From positions 725,645 to 789,644 of the forward strand of contig NW_003314296.1 in the NCBI RefSeq assembly GCF_000143415.4: a stretch of DNA of 64,000 nucleotides, given 5' to 3'. Below, piece after piece: positions 33,279-45,849 of the stretch; position 1 is the first letter of the stretch; each line of letters opens with the position of its first letter. The notes beneath the pieces are model-generated. The model ran no database searches. It had not been told where the DNA came from and worked only from the letters and a program-made list of their open reading frames with translations. Source of the DNA: Selaginella moellendorffii. Its lineage: Eukaryota > Plantae > Lycopodiophyta. The position numbers and the translations under genes are program-made.

Positions 33279-36200
33279 GATATTAATTTGTTTCTTCTCA
33301 ACAACAATCTTTCTAGATGTGTCCAAAGTTCCAATCGAGAGGATTTCCTAATATTCTTAGTGTATTTTTTTGTATTAAAAGTCCAAGTAGAACTTCATAT
33401 TCACAAAATTCCAAAATTTCACAATTAACATAATTATGCCTAGTTAGCATCATCCTATCATGTACATTGGGGATATATTGTAAAATATCACAAATGTGGC
33501 TTTAGGTATTAAAAAATACTTGTTGACCAATACTTTTGGACATTCTCTCTTCTGCCATAAAGGTTGATACAGTTGGACCACTTTATTATTGGCCCCTCTT
33601 ATGTTAGTGGAGTTAATTGGACATCTTAAGTGTACTTAGACCAAACAAGCATAAGGATGTAATTTTTTTTATATATTATTAGCTAAATGTGTTATACGTT
33701 GCACTAGCTAATAACAAGAACCCTCATGTGTTGAGTCTAGTTCCTCAATAATGCTTTATGATAACTTATTGTGTCCACTAAACAGCCTCACTATTATACC
33801 TCATGTATTGGTTCCATTCAGTCTTTTGTGCTATTTATAGTAAGTGGTTAAATCTGTCTAAAAGGCATATCTATAGAGTGTCATGAATCCCATGGTGTTG
33901 TTCTTACATCCCAATTCACAATTTAGTTCTATTCCATATCTAGTAAATTTTCAAATTTTATAAACTAGTTCTTGAGATTGGGGTGAAAGCTTAAAAGCAT
34001 GCATTTTTCTAGGGTGAGGGATGAGGGGTTAAATGTATAGTAAGGATAGTATTTGGAAGCATTGTTGACCATTTAAGATATTAATTTGGCTCTTGCTAGG
34101 TTGTATTGCTCATGATTCTACGTCTAGCTTGGGAATAATCTCAAGTTCTATGTTGTTCTAGTCAGTGAGGTACCCATCTTTTTGTTACAAGCCACCAGTA
34201 TGCTGGAATTGGGTTAAACACCATTTGATACTATTTTACATACAAAAGTTGGATATGGGGAGTTAGTGTTGGTAGGAGATATTAAGTGTGTACCAAATCT
34301 TCATTTTGTTGCACAAAGGGTTTGGAGTTTAATATAAGCCATAAATATTTTTTTTCTAATTTGCCAACTTACTTTTTCTATTTGACCACATTTGCCTTGG
34401 TATTAGTTAAGTTCCCATACCAAAGTCCCCACTTATTATACCATCTCTTACTTGGTCCTACTTAGATTTAACTACTCACTACACAAGCAATGGACTGTTA
34501 GCCATCCATATACAGATTCTTAAATTTTCTCCTAATCCCCCTCCTCGAGTTAGATTGAACTTAAGGTTCAATTACACTCCCTATAGGCACAACTACCTAA
34601 ACACACCAAGCCTCTAGGTTTTTTACATGCCTAGGTACAACAAAACTTGATTACAAAACTTTCTAAATCCCAAGACTTGGGTGCATCTTTTGTTTCGAGT
34701 GTTGCAACACTAACTCATTATTACTCTATCTTTACGTCACATGTTATAACTAGAGAGACCACTCCTACTCCCACTTCTACCCCTACTCCTACTCTTACTT
34801 CCACTTTTACTCCTACTCCCGATTCTACTACTACTCCTACTCCCACTCTTACTCCCACTCCTACTCTCAAGCCATGAGCATTTTGAGAGATAGGGAGAGG
34901 AAATTTTGATTCTCAAAATATTCTAAATGGTAAAACCCCATGAAGGCTAAATATCAAAGGTCCTCCCTATTTCCTTTAGTAGTTAAGTTTGGAATTACAG
35001 CTTTGTGAGTTTGTATGTGAGAGATGGATCCATGGTTAGGGCTGAAAGATGACCCAACAATTAGTGAACTCAGCATGAATAAACTAATTTAATTTTCTTG
35101 AAAGAATGAAGAGTTTTTTTAGGAAATTGAGAGAAATCTTGAGTTCTAGGGGTTAGATTCATATCTTTAGAGACCCTAGGACTATTAGGGGTTTTGACTT
35201 CCATGAATCTAGAGTGTAAGTTTAAAATTTTTTCTCGTTCTTACATTAATTTTCTACATTACCTTTTTCCATTTGGTTTTCTAGTGATTTTTTGTGATTA
35301 GTGTATTGAGATTCAGTTGCTAATTTAATGAAATTTTGTATATCGTGCTCTTTTGTTTTCATGGCAAATTTCCAACACTCTAAGCTCATGATTTTGGGAT
35401 TGATTCAAAAATTTCTTTTTTTGGACATGTAGATCTAAAGACAAGCTTTTTAGAGAGTCCTTTCTTGGTAGCTAATTCGCTTTAAGCTATGACATGGAGC
35501 AAGTTTTCTCTCACGGCACTTCATAATTCAAATTTGCAAGTTTCTAGCTTAATCTTGGGGGAATTTGAGACACCATTCTCATGAAAATTATTATAGCCAT
35601 GTTATTACCTTCTACCAATGCCAAAAATGAATGTTTCTTGTACTAGGGAGGGCATTTTCTTTTGTTTTCCTTCTTTTTGTCTAGAATTTGAGTTTTTGGG
35701 CATTTTAACTCATGATTTTGATTTCATTCTCTTAGTTTGAGTATAAACTTTCAAATAAGTCCATCCACACCCATTTTTATGTGCAAAGTTGAGAGATTTC
35801 CATGCAAATGTTTTCCTCTTAGGCATTTTGAGTATTGGAGTTTAATTTTGGTGAGAAATTAGCATTTGCAGGAGTGACAGTGATTTTAGTTGGGAAAATC
35901 TACATGAGGATACTCTTTTATTTGGAGTTATCCCATTTAGATACTTTACTCTTACACAAGTCAGAATTCTTAGTGCATTGTATTTTTCATGACTTGGCAT
36001 CTGCTGCACAGTGGACACTTTATACTAGTTCGCACTCATCCCAGTTAGAGATGACAACCAGCAAACTTCTATACAGTGCCTAGGGTATGGGGACATTTTT
36101 CATGCCTTCTACAAGAGCTCGATTATCAAACTACTCTTTCTGACGAGGAGGATTTATCATTCATTACAGATATCAAGTTGGGGAGTCCACCACCCATGGC

Positions 36201-39134
36201 TCTTCCTGCATAAATCCACATTCTACAGCAAGGCACTGACTTGACATACTTATCTGGCAATGGTGACATCTTTGCCAAGACACACGTCACTCATTTCGAG
36301 CAATATTGTATGTCGAACGGTGTTATCAAGGATGATAACAAACTCTGCAACTTGCGATTGCTCATTGGCAAAGCAACAACATGGGTAGAGACACTCTTGG
36401 AGGTAGATATGGCTGACTACTCCACATTCAAAGCATCTTTCTAAGGTCACTTTGATTAGTAGTGATCAACAAATCGCTTACTCATGGATTTGTTCACTTT
36501 TTGGCAAGGAGCACATAAATCTGTGCCAAAATATGTGATGCGGTTCAGGTTTTACTAGAAGGAGTGTGTCCATTGCAAGGTCATCACAAATGAACCTCAT
36601 GGCATCACCACATTCATCTTTGGCCTCAAGGGAAATCTCAAGTACAAGATGCTCAAGCGAGAGTTTTGGATGTGTTATGAGGCATTTGCTGGTAGAGACT
36701 TTGGGGTGGGATCTTCTCCAAAATCTCAGGATTTCTAGGGTAGAGGAGGCTTTCCTTCCACCTTCAGATGAGAGCTCATGTGCTGCCATGATCCATTCTT
36801 TTCCAGCTTTGCATAGGTTCCTTTGATGATCGAGAAGGCATTGTCAGAGCTTGCAAGATACAAGGAGATCATCTAGCAACAGTGATAAATGCAAGAGAAG
36901 CTACTTGAGGAGCTTAAAGTATGCCGCTTACAGTAGGCAGAGAGACTGAGATTCCCTCCTTGTTCTTGGTACTTACTCACTTTGTGATGTTATGACGCAC
37001 AACATAGAGAGATGTTGGAAGCTTCACTTAGAACTTTGACCACCTTCTGTTCAGCATGTTCAACAGCAACTTCTACCAAACAACATATTTTTTCCATGGT
37101 TAGAGATAGATACTAGCAACAACTGGAGTAGAAAGCGATTGAAGACACCCCTTCGTTGAGCCGTGGAAAGACACTGATGCATGTCAACATAGTTTATGTT
37201 GCAGAGGATGGTTATAAAATGGCTGCTATGACTCAAAGGCATAAGAAGGTTTCTCCTCTAGCCCCAAATATTGATGGTAAGTAGGATCTAGCTCTAGTTT
37301 CCAAAACTTCCCCATCTCTCATGGCATGCAAGTTACCCCATGCTTCGGTATTTGCAGTGCCACCCACATCCTTGGCTACAACTTCAAATTAAACAATTGG
37401 ATATTCATCCAACTTTTAATGTGGGGTCTCCTAGCTGCCCTCCACTCTTTCTCAAGTCCCACAAGAGGTTCTTGCTTAGATTTGTGACACTTCAGTCTAG
37501 ATCATACTTGGTTAGCTTTTGCAATATGTACCTGGTTTTACTCCTTATCTAGAGGCTTTTGCCAAGTTCATAGGCATCCCCGTGGAACATCAGCATGACA
37601 TGCACATTATCAACACTCAGACCACTCATGATCCCGAAGCATTCTTTATGGAGGTCCACATCAACAATAAATCTTTGATAGCACAAGCATTACTTGATTC
37701 TAGATCCTAGAGCAACATCATCTCTCTCAACTTGGCATTTTCTAGTGGCTTGGAAGTGGTGAGAAACATAGCTGTCATCCTCAAAATGTTAGCCAATCAC
37801 TGAATCATCCCTATAGGCATTTGTTAAAATGTCAAGATCTTGGTGCAAGGAGTGGTTTCCATGCTATATTTCCTTGTTGTGAACTTCCAACAGCTAGGAT
37901 TTGGGAAGCTGAAGGACTCCATCATCTTAGGACGGACTTACATGACAACTTGGGCCAAAGGAAAATCAACAATTACTGATGGCATCTATGCAACAATTCT
38001 TCTCAATGCCCATGGTTATTCTCTACTTCTATCTAGCTTGTCTCAAGTGGATGCTTCTTCCATCATTGAAGTTGATTAGGCTCTCAAGGTTTTTTTCCTG
38101 AAACTTATCGAGGATGACACGCTGCTGGAGATCCAAGTTGTTGATTGCAATATGATTGACTTCTTCAACATGGACTGGATTACATCAACACTTGACTTCT
38201 TTGCCATCACTATACAAATCTAAAGATCCCTTGGCTTCAACAAATCTAGGGATTTCACATCAATTCCTTTGCTACAGCATAGTGGGGAATCTGTCCAAGT
38301 GGTGGATTCTCCAAGCACTTTTCCAACTCTAGCATTTATATAGTAGTTTTGGAGTTGTTAATGAAATAGGGTTATAAAGCATCAATAACACTTTGGAGAG
38401 CATCTCTTTGAGTATACTTTTGACTTTCCAGCTTAGTGACTACACTCTTGGTGGCACTTCTCACCCCAGACCTGCAGTCTAGCCTTGCTACTCACTTGGG
38501 ATACGACTATGATATAAAGGTGGCAGGCATTTTGCAGTAGCATCTCGACTTTTCCTTGGAGTTTCTCCCAACTTGGCACCTCATCTCAGCTCTTCCCAAA
38601 TTTAGGTTCATGGCTGGATCCCAACTTCATCCTGCTACAACACTCGAAGCATTCTCCAACACTATCGACACTTCATTAGCGACACATAATGACTTCCATA
38701 GGTCCTTGGGGACACTTTCTACCATCCTCAAAAGGCTCCTATCCTTCCAAGTAGTTCCAACATCCTAGATTCTCTTATAGTGACAATATTCACCACCTCA
38801 GGCATTTTCGATGCAATCTAGCACTTGAGGGTGACTAAGCTAGTTTCAGTGGCATTCTAGGCCTTCTATAGGATGCCTTGCATCCTCTTGGTGGTTCTAT
38901 CATCATCACCCATCACAAAAGCCACTTTCACTACTTACTCATTTTTTAAACTTTTTTTGCTTTTTTTAATTTTTCTTTCTACTCTCACTCTTTTTACATC
39001 TTTTTTCATGCCAAGGAATTATGTGGAGAAAGTCTCTTTTGATGAACACGTTCTAGCTGCATTATTGATTGTATGAAAAATTTTCGACTCTTGTTAATTT
39101 GTGCTTCATTTCTTTAGCTTCTTTCCTTACATCA
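33279..39134 (+). mobile_element. Long direct repeat copy A: decayed Ty3/gypsy-type segment (3' internal-PPT-LTR-PBS-gag-protease)
   Basis: Collinear with 57575-63817 (5 differences in a 60-bp spot check). Gag-like AKTHVTHFEQYCMSNG..KATTWVETL; protease-like EVHINNKS..ALLDS..IILGRTYM; many stops. Confidence 0.85.
34034..35059 (+). repeat. LTR (~1 kb) inside repeat copy A
   Basis: Starts TGTA after purine tract GGGTGAGGGATGAGGGG and ends AACA before the PBS-like TAGTGAACTCAGCATGAAT; contains a degenerate (CCTACT)n tract at 34758-34868. Confidence 0.65.
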
Positions 39135-39934
39135 GTTCCATCCTCACATTTTCATCACCATTCTATATCATTTATACTCTGGAATTCCTTACCACACACT
39201 ACACATACCTAATAATATCTTTCACATTTTCCACCATTCATCATCCATTTATACTAGATATTTGGGGAAAACACTTCATCATAAAGGTTCTTCCAGACAA
39301 GCAAAAACACAAATCAAGATATTTTCATGCACAACATGTGAGATATTCAATGGACTAATCACATATTACAACTTTCTTCTTCTAGTAAGAAAGCTTGATT
39401 GCAGAGGGCATCCAATTGCTTTCAAAGATGTGGCCAACAAAGCCAACACACTTTTCTTCCAGCTCAAATCACAGGTGAAGCAGTTTTATTTCAAAGTTAC
39501 CACCATTAAGCAATACAGTCCTTATGCTTTCTTCTTCATTTTCAGCCAAAGTTTTAAGCACAAACTATATGAGCTTGAGGTTGCATTTGCATATTTACTT
39601 TTTTTAGAGTGTGGGAGTCATGTTTGAGCTTCTTTCCATTTAGTTTTCTTGCTCTTTTCTCCTTATTTTTCCCTCTTTTCCTACTTTCTTGAGTATCTAG
39701 TTCAATTATATAGTTTCCCATTGGGTTTTCCCTATATCTTTGCATTTTAAACTCCTTTCCCATCTTCTACTTTCATCTTTATTTTATTTTTTATTTCCAT
39801 CTTTTTTTTTCTTTTCCATTTCTCTTTGTTTCAACAATTACCCACTCTAGACACTACATTCTAGCATATAGGAGCATCTTAGCCATGGGTTTTTACGCAC
39901 CAAAGTTTTGTGCACCCATCAATAGTTGCTTGTT

Positions 39935-40295
39935 GTGGCATTAGCTCATTGCTGCCTTCTCCTCGCATCACGTGTTGCAGCTAGAGAAACAACTTTTACT
40001 CCTGCTCCTAACCCTACTCTTGCCCCACTCCTACTCCTACTTCTACTCCTATTTCTATTCCTACTCCCACTACTACTCCTACTCCTACTCCCCGGTTATA
40101 GCTATGGGTGTCTTGAGAGAGAGGGAGAGGATATTTTGATTCTCAAAATATTCCAAATGATTGTATAAAAACCACGCGAGGGTGAAATATCAAGGGTCCT
40201 CCCCATTTTCTCTTGTAGTTGAGTTTGAAGCTGTGGCTTTGTGAGTTTATATGTGAGGGATGGATCCATAGTTGGGGCTAAAAGATGCCCTAATA
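39935..40295 (+). repeat. Diverged partial LTR related to 34710-35059
   Basis: Shares the (CCTACT)n tract, gagaggatattttgattctcaaaatattc, and ggatggatccat..aaagatg-ccc with the 3' part of the LTR. Confidence 0.7.
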
Positions 40296-40649
40296 GATAC
40301 TTTTTCCACCTTTTGCCTTTGGGTGCCCTAGCCATGTGGCTAGAGCAAGGTTTTGATGAGTCATGCCAAGTATCCAAGTAAGTAATGCCACCCACACTTA
40401 GATTGAGAGCATTGACTATTCGATCTCTCGGGGGAGTTAGAGTTGGCTGTTAAACACTTCACCAAGTTACCCCACTTCCATCCATATTCACTTTAGTCTT
40501 GAACTCCTCAATAGTTATATCATCACCCACCACGTGGATATAACCTTCCTTAGCCACACTAGCTTTACTAGCCAAATTAGTTCCACTGAAGTCCTCCCCC
40601 TACTATCCTTTTAAAGCTCACTTGGGAAATGATTACTTTGGGCTTTCAC

Positions 40650-40970
40650 CTTGAATTCAGACTCAAACTTGGACTAGGTCTTGGACTCAATCTTGCACTT
40701 AGTTTGGGTCTTGGCCTCTGTCTTGGTCTCAGTCCCGGTCCCTGTCTCGGGCTCCATCTTGGGCTCCATTTCGAACTCCTTTTTAGACTCCATCTCATAC
40801 TCCATCTTGGGTCCATCTCAAACTTTATCTTAGACCATATTGGATCCAGCTCAGGTTCATCTCGAACTTTTCCTCAGACTCCATCTTGCATCTATCTCAA
40901 ACTCTAATTCGGACTCTATTTTGGACTTCTTCTCAGACTCCATCTCGGGTCTATCTCGGACTCAATTCTG
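40650..40970. repeat. Degenerate tandem repeat (ctccatct(c/t)gg/ag-like units)
   Basis: Recurring gggctccatctt / agactccatctc units. Confidence 0.65.
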
Positions 40971-41074
40971 ACACTTCCACGTGTCATATGTTGATCCTCT
41001 TGTTTCCCTTTTCGAGAGGCTTACTTATTAATTGCTTTATGTTTATTCCTTGAGCATTTTAATGGGAGTTCCAC

Positions 41075-41291
41075 TGTTAGGATGTGAATCCAATCAAAAA
41101 GGATGTGATCCATTAATGAGTGATTCACATGAGAAACAAGAGAAGAGAAAAGGCTCAAAACCTGGAAGAAGAAGAAGAGAACAACAAAAACCTAGCCTCC
41201 CCCTTTATGCCAGTCGGACCATATATGTCTTGTACAGATCCCCCGTCGTCCCGCATCCGTACTAGTTATGAGCCAAGAATAGCTCATAACA
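41075..41291 (-). repeat. 3' LTR of the chromovirus
   Basis: 9 mismatches against 44846-45062 by manual count. Confidence 0.95.
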
Positions 41292-41420
41292 TTACCCCCC
41301 ACTTTGAAAAGCTTTGTCCTCAGAGCTGGCTGGTAACACAGGATCCCACTGAAACAGGTGCACCAGACAATCAAACTCCTGTTGAGAAAGCTAGGTATCT
41401 GCATCCCCCCTAGTGTTCAT

Positions 41421-43853
41421 CTAGCGAACCAGATAACGCTTAATCGTACGTTGACGCAGCTGACGAGTCTCCACATCGATCACCTTATCTGGCACAACCA
41501 GATGCTGGTCCCCCAACGATTGGACTGGAACTTCCACTGTCGGCATGGGAGTAGGACCGTAATGCAACTTGAGCTCGGAAACGTGGAACACATCATGGAG
41601 CTTGCACCCTTGAGGAAGAGCCAGCCGAAATGCCACCTCATTGATCCTTTCAATCACCTGAAAAGGACCGAAGTAGCGTTGAGTCAGCTTGGATCGAGAG
41701 CCCACTCGACGGCCTAGAGTGTGATGATGGGGGCGGAACTTGATGTACACCAGGTCGCCAATAGCGAATGTTTGAAAACTCCGATGCTTGTCAGCTTGAA
41801 GTTTCATGGTTGCACGAGCTGCCTCCAACCTGCTATGAACTTGTTGATGCAACTCCCGAATGGTCTCTAGATGTCCAGAAACTGTCACCTCTGGGACCGG
41901 AAGTGCAGGAGCTGGCCAACATAGGATTCGACGCCCATAGAGAATCTCCAAAGGAGCAAACCCTGTAGCAGAATGACAGGCTGAATTATATGCGAATTCA
42001 GTATACGTAAGCCAGTGCAGCCATGATGTAGGACGATCCAGTGTGTAACCCCTGAGAAATACCTCCATTGTCTGGTTGGTTCATTTTGTCTGCCCATTCG
42101 ATTGGGGATGATATGCTGAACTGAAGCTGAGCTTGGTCCCAAGAGCTGAAAAAAGGTGACGCCAGAATGAGCTGAGGAACTTCGGATCCCGGTCAGAAAC
42201 AATCTCCCGAGGCAGACCATGGAGGCAAATCACTTCTCGAGAAAACAACTTGGCTATCCCGGCTGCAGACACTGAACTTGTCGTAGGCAGAAACCGAGCT
42301 GTCTTGCTGAAACGGTCAACCACCACCATTATCATGTCTTTTCCTTGGCAACGAGGCAGACCCCCCACAAAGTCCATGAAAATGCTAGTAAAGGGACCAT
42401 CTGCAACTGGTAACGGCTGGAGAAGACCTGGAGAAGCCACTGTCTCTGTCTTTACCACCTGACATACCGGACATTCTTGAATCCACGCCTTCACTTCTCG
42501 CTGCATGCCTTTCCAAACAAAGTGAAGCTTGATGGCCGCCAATGTTGCTGCCACCCCGGGATGTCCAGCAAGAATTCCCTGATGACACTCATGGAAAATT
42601 TCTTGCCGCAATGGATGCTTGTTGTTGAGAAACACCCGTCCCTTTGACCAGAGAATGCCATCAATGAGGACCAGCTTGGGATGCTGCTCCCCATTCTGAA
42701 GCCGCTCTAGAATCTGTTGAAGGGCCACATCTTGTGCATACCTCTCCTGAATCCGCTCTACGTACTCCGGCTGCAGGTGAGAAATCCCATAGAGAGCTGA
42801 CTCCTCGGTGCGTGCAAACTTCCGTGAAAGAGCATCTGGAAGTACATTAGAAGCACCTGGTCGATACTCGATAGTGAAGTCAAAGGCTTGAAGTTCTTCC
42901 ACCCAACGCATCTGCTTCTTGTTGAGGTGGGGTTGAGTGAGCAAAAACCGAATGCTCACATGATCAGTGCGAAGCCGAAAATGACGAAAAGCCAAATAAT
43001 GCTTCCATCGATGAACAGCATGCATAACACCTGCCATTTCCTATTCGTATACTGGAGCTCTGGATTCAATCTCCGTAAACCGGCGGCTCTCAAAAGCAAC
43101 AATGCCATGCTGCTGGAGTAAAACTCCTCCCACTCCTTGGTCTGATGCATCAGTCTCTACTATGAATTCCTTTGAAAAATCTGGCAACACCAAAACCAGA
43201 GCCTCCACAATTCGTTGCTTGAGGTTCATGAACACCTGCTGGGCCCTAGCATCCCAACAGAATTGTGTCGACCTGAGGAGATCTGTGAGAGGAGTAGCTA
43301 TTGAAGCAAAATGCTTAACAAACTTCCGCAAATAGTTGGCAAATCTCAAGAAGGCCCGAAGCTGTTTCATGGTTTGTGGTATTGGCCAGTCAGCAACAGC
43401 CTCTAACTTGTTTGGATCCGCCATCACCTGTCCCTCAGCCACCTTAAATCCCAGGTAGTCCACTTCCACAACACCAAAAGAACACTTTGCGAGCTTGCAC
43501 ACCATTCCTGCTTCCTCCAACGCTTGCAGTACCTGTTCCACGTGATTGAGGTGCGGCTTCCAAGTTCGGCTGAAGATCAAGATGTCATCAAAGAACACCA
43601 CCACAAAGTTGAACAAGAACTGTCCCAACACCTTGTTCATGGCGGCTTGAAATGTGGCTGGTGCATTAGTGAGCCCAAAGGGCATCACCTTAAACTGGAA
43701 AAGACCCCTGTGTGTCCTGAATGCAGTTTTGTGACGATCACGTTCCACCACATTGATTTGATAATACCCCGATCTCAAATCCAGCTTTGTGAAGAAACAG
43801 GCTCCCCCAAGCTCATCCATCAATTCCTCCACCCTCGGAATAGGAAACCTGTC
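41421..43853 (-). pseudogene. pol: pol remnant (RT-RNaseH-integrase-chromodomain) with in-frame stops
   Basis: DRFPIPRVEELMDEL..TKLDLRSGYYQI..MPFGLTNAPATFQ..FFDDILI; ETDASDQGVGGVL; MDFVGGLP..VVVDRFSK..VSDRDPKF..AYHPQSNGQ; PDKVIDVETRQLRQRTIKRYLVR. Stops at ~43041, ~42081 and ~41421. Confidence 0.93.
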
Positions 43854-43854
43854 A

Positions 43855-44590
43855 GAATGAAAGTGTCTGTGATCAAGACTTTGAACTGTTCCCAGTCCGG
43901 GAATATGCGAGCTCGTTCCAAGTTATGAAACCACTCAGATGCTAGATCCTTCAAGAAGATTGATGCAAAGGGAACCTTATCCACTCCCTTGGTATCTTGC
44001 CACACAAAACACCGCTCCAGCTTGCGGAGCCAATCTTGAAGTCTTAGTCGATCATTTGAGCCATCGTACTCCGGTATATTGAGCTTCTCCTGATCCTGCC
44101 ACCGTGACCCCATCCTTGGACCCCTCCCGAGTATCCCCTTGGCCCCTCCTTCTAGAACTGGTGACTTCATCTTCTCCAGCAAGTCATCATACCAAGGTCG
44201 ATCACCTGTTGGGGGTAATTCAGGACTCGAATCTTGGAACCAATCTTCGTCAGAAAATCGGTGCACGATGTCTTTCAGATCAGGGTCTCCTCAATCCTTG
44301 ACCCTAGACCCCATCTGTTCTTGCTTCTCTATCAAAACCCGCTTCTGCTCCCCCAGCTCCTCTATCTTGCCACCCATAGTGGCCTGATTGTGCTCGATGA
44401 TGGCCAAGGTACACTGCAATTGTTGGAACCTCTCCAAGTCCTGCTGATGATTCGTCACATAGTGCTGCATGAAAGACTGCAACACCTCCCTCAACTCACC
44501 AACCGGCTCAGGCACTACCTGTGGAGAATTCACTGGATCGACCACCTCTACATTGCTGGATTCTCCATCGGCTGAAGGGGAAGATTTCAC
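43855..44590 (-). pseudogene. gag: Truncated gag of the chromovirus
   Basis: KLNIPEYDGSND..DWLRKLERCF..KVPFASIFLKDLASEWF..WEQFK; stop at ~44291. Confidence 0.8.
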
Positions 44591-44845
44591 CTATTTTTTT
44601 CCTTTGTTCCATGGTGGCATTGCTTCTTTCCGGTGCCTCGCTCTCGCCCAAGCCCAGATCGCCCACAGCAGCCTAGGGTAAATGATCGCCGCCACAAACA
44701 CCTCCTGTCGGATGCCCTGCTGAGACAACTGTACCCTAGATCGGGTGAATGCCATGGAGCTAAGGACGTGGACCAATCCTCTCTCCCACGATGCGATATC
44801 CCGAATGATCTTTGCCAAGGTCCTGATCAATGCTCCGATACCAAA

Positions 44846-45062
44846 TGTTAGGATGTGAATCCAATCAAAAAGGATGTGATCCATTAATGAGTGATTCACA
44901 TGAGAAACAAGAGAAGAGAAAAGGCTCAAAGCCTGGAAGAAGAAGAAGAGAACAAGAAAAACCTAGCCTCCCTCTTTGCGCCAGTCGGACCATATATGTC
45001 TCGTACGGATCCCTCGTCGTCCCGCATCCGTATTAGTTATGAGCCAAGAATAGCTCATAACA
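44846..45062 (-). repeat. 5' LTR of the chromovirus
   Basis: Followed on the minus strand by the iMet PBS. Confidence 0.95.
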
Positions 45063-45849
45063 TCCACTCTTACTCTTGCCTTTTTGAGTTAGAGCTTTTA
45101 GTCCAAATGTATTACACTTGTTTGGCTTCCACTTCAGCCACTACCACATGGTACCTTCTTGGCTCCACTCTAAATAGCTATTGTTTGAGGATGCAAGAAG
45201 AGCAAAGGTAGAAAGGTTTTAATTTCCCTTAAAATGCTTAAGTGGTCTAGAGTTTAAGGATTTGTGTTTTATACAAATATAGGTGTTACTACCTACTTGG
45301 ATATCTAGCATGGCTCATTAAAACTTTGCTCTAGCCACATAAATAGGGCACCTAGAGGCAAAAGGTGGGGAGAGTACCCACAAGGTTTGCATTGGGTTAT
45401 AGTGTTTCCCTAAAGTCTTAGACTGTGGAAAGGAAAAGGAGTAGTCCTTTTGTGTAGTGATTAAACATATAATCATGTGGCAAGGAAGTTTTAGAGGTGG
45501 ATAGGACTTAGTGGTCAGGCCTTCAGGCCTTTGGGCCTTAACCCAATGATAGTGTTTGCAAGCACAGTTATGGATGGAAAGAGATTAGGTTGGAACTGAA
45601 AAAGGGATATTAAGGAAAGGTGTTCTTTATGTCTCTGGGCATCATAAGGATGCTAAAATGTGGTCATAAAATGACCACTCATGGATAGATGGCTCAGTCT
45701 TTAGGGGACAATATTGTGGTATAGGTGGTTTTGGGGTACGAATTAGATAAAGGTGAATGGATATAACCTTAGTGTAATGGGATGATATGTTATTGGTATC
45801 TTTAGGTGTTTATCCTGGGATTGGACATGTGGAACATTTGAACCAAATG

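Larger units (their letters stand above)
41075..45062 (-). mobile_element. Ty3/gypsy chromovirus LTR retrotransposon, internally deleted and non-autonomous
   Basis: 217-bp LTRs (TGTTA..TAACA) at 41075-41291 and 44846-45062; TSD TCCAC on both sides; PBS TGGTATCGGAGCA (tRNA-iMet type) ending near 44843; PPT AAGTGGGGGGTAA next to 41292. Order is gag, RT (FFDD), RNase H, integrase (HHCC zinc finger, GPF) and chromodomain. Confidence 0.96.
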
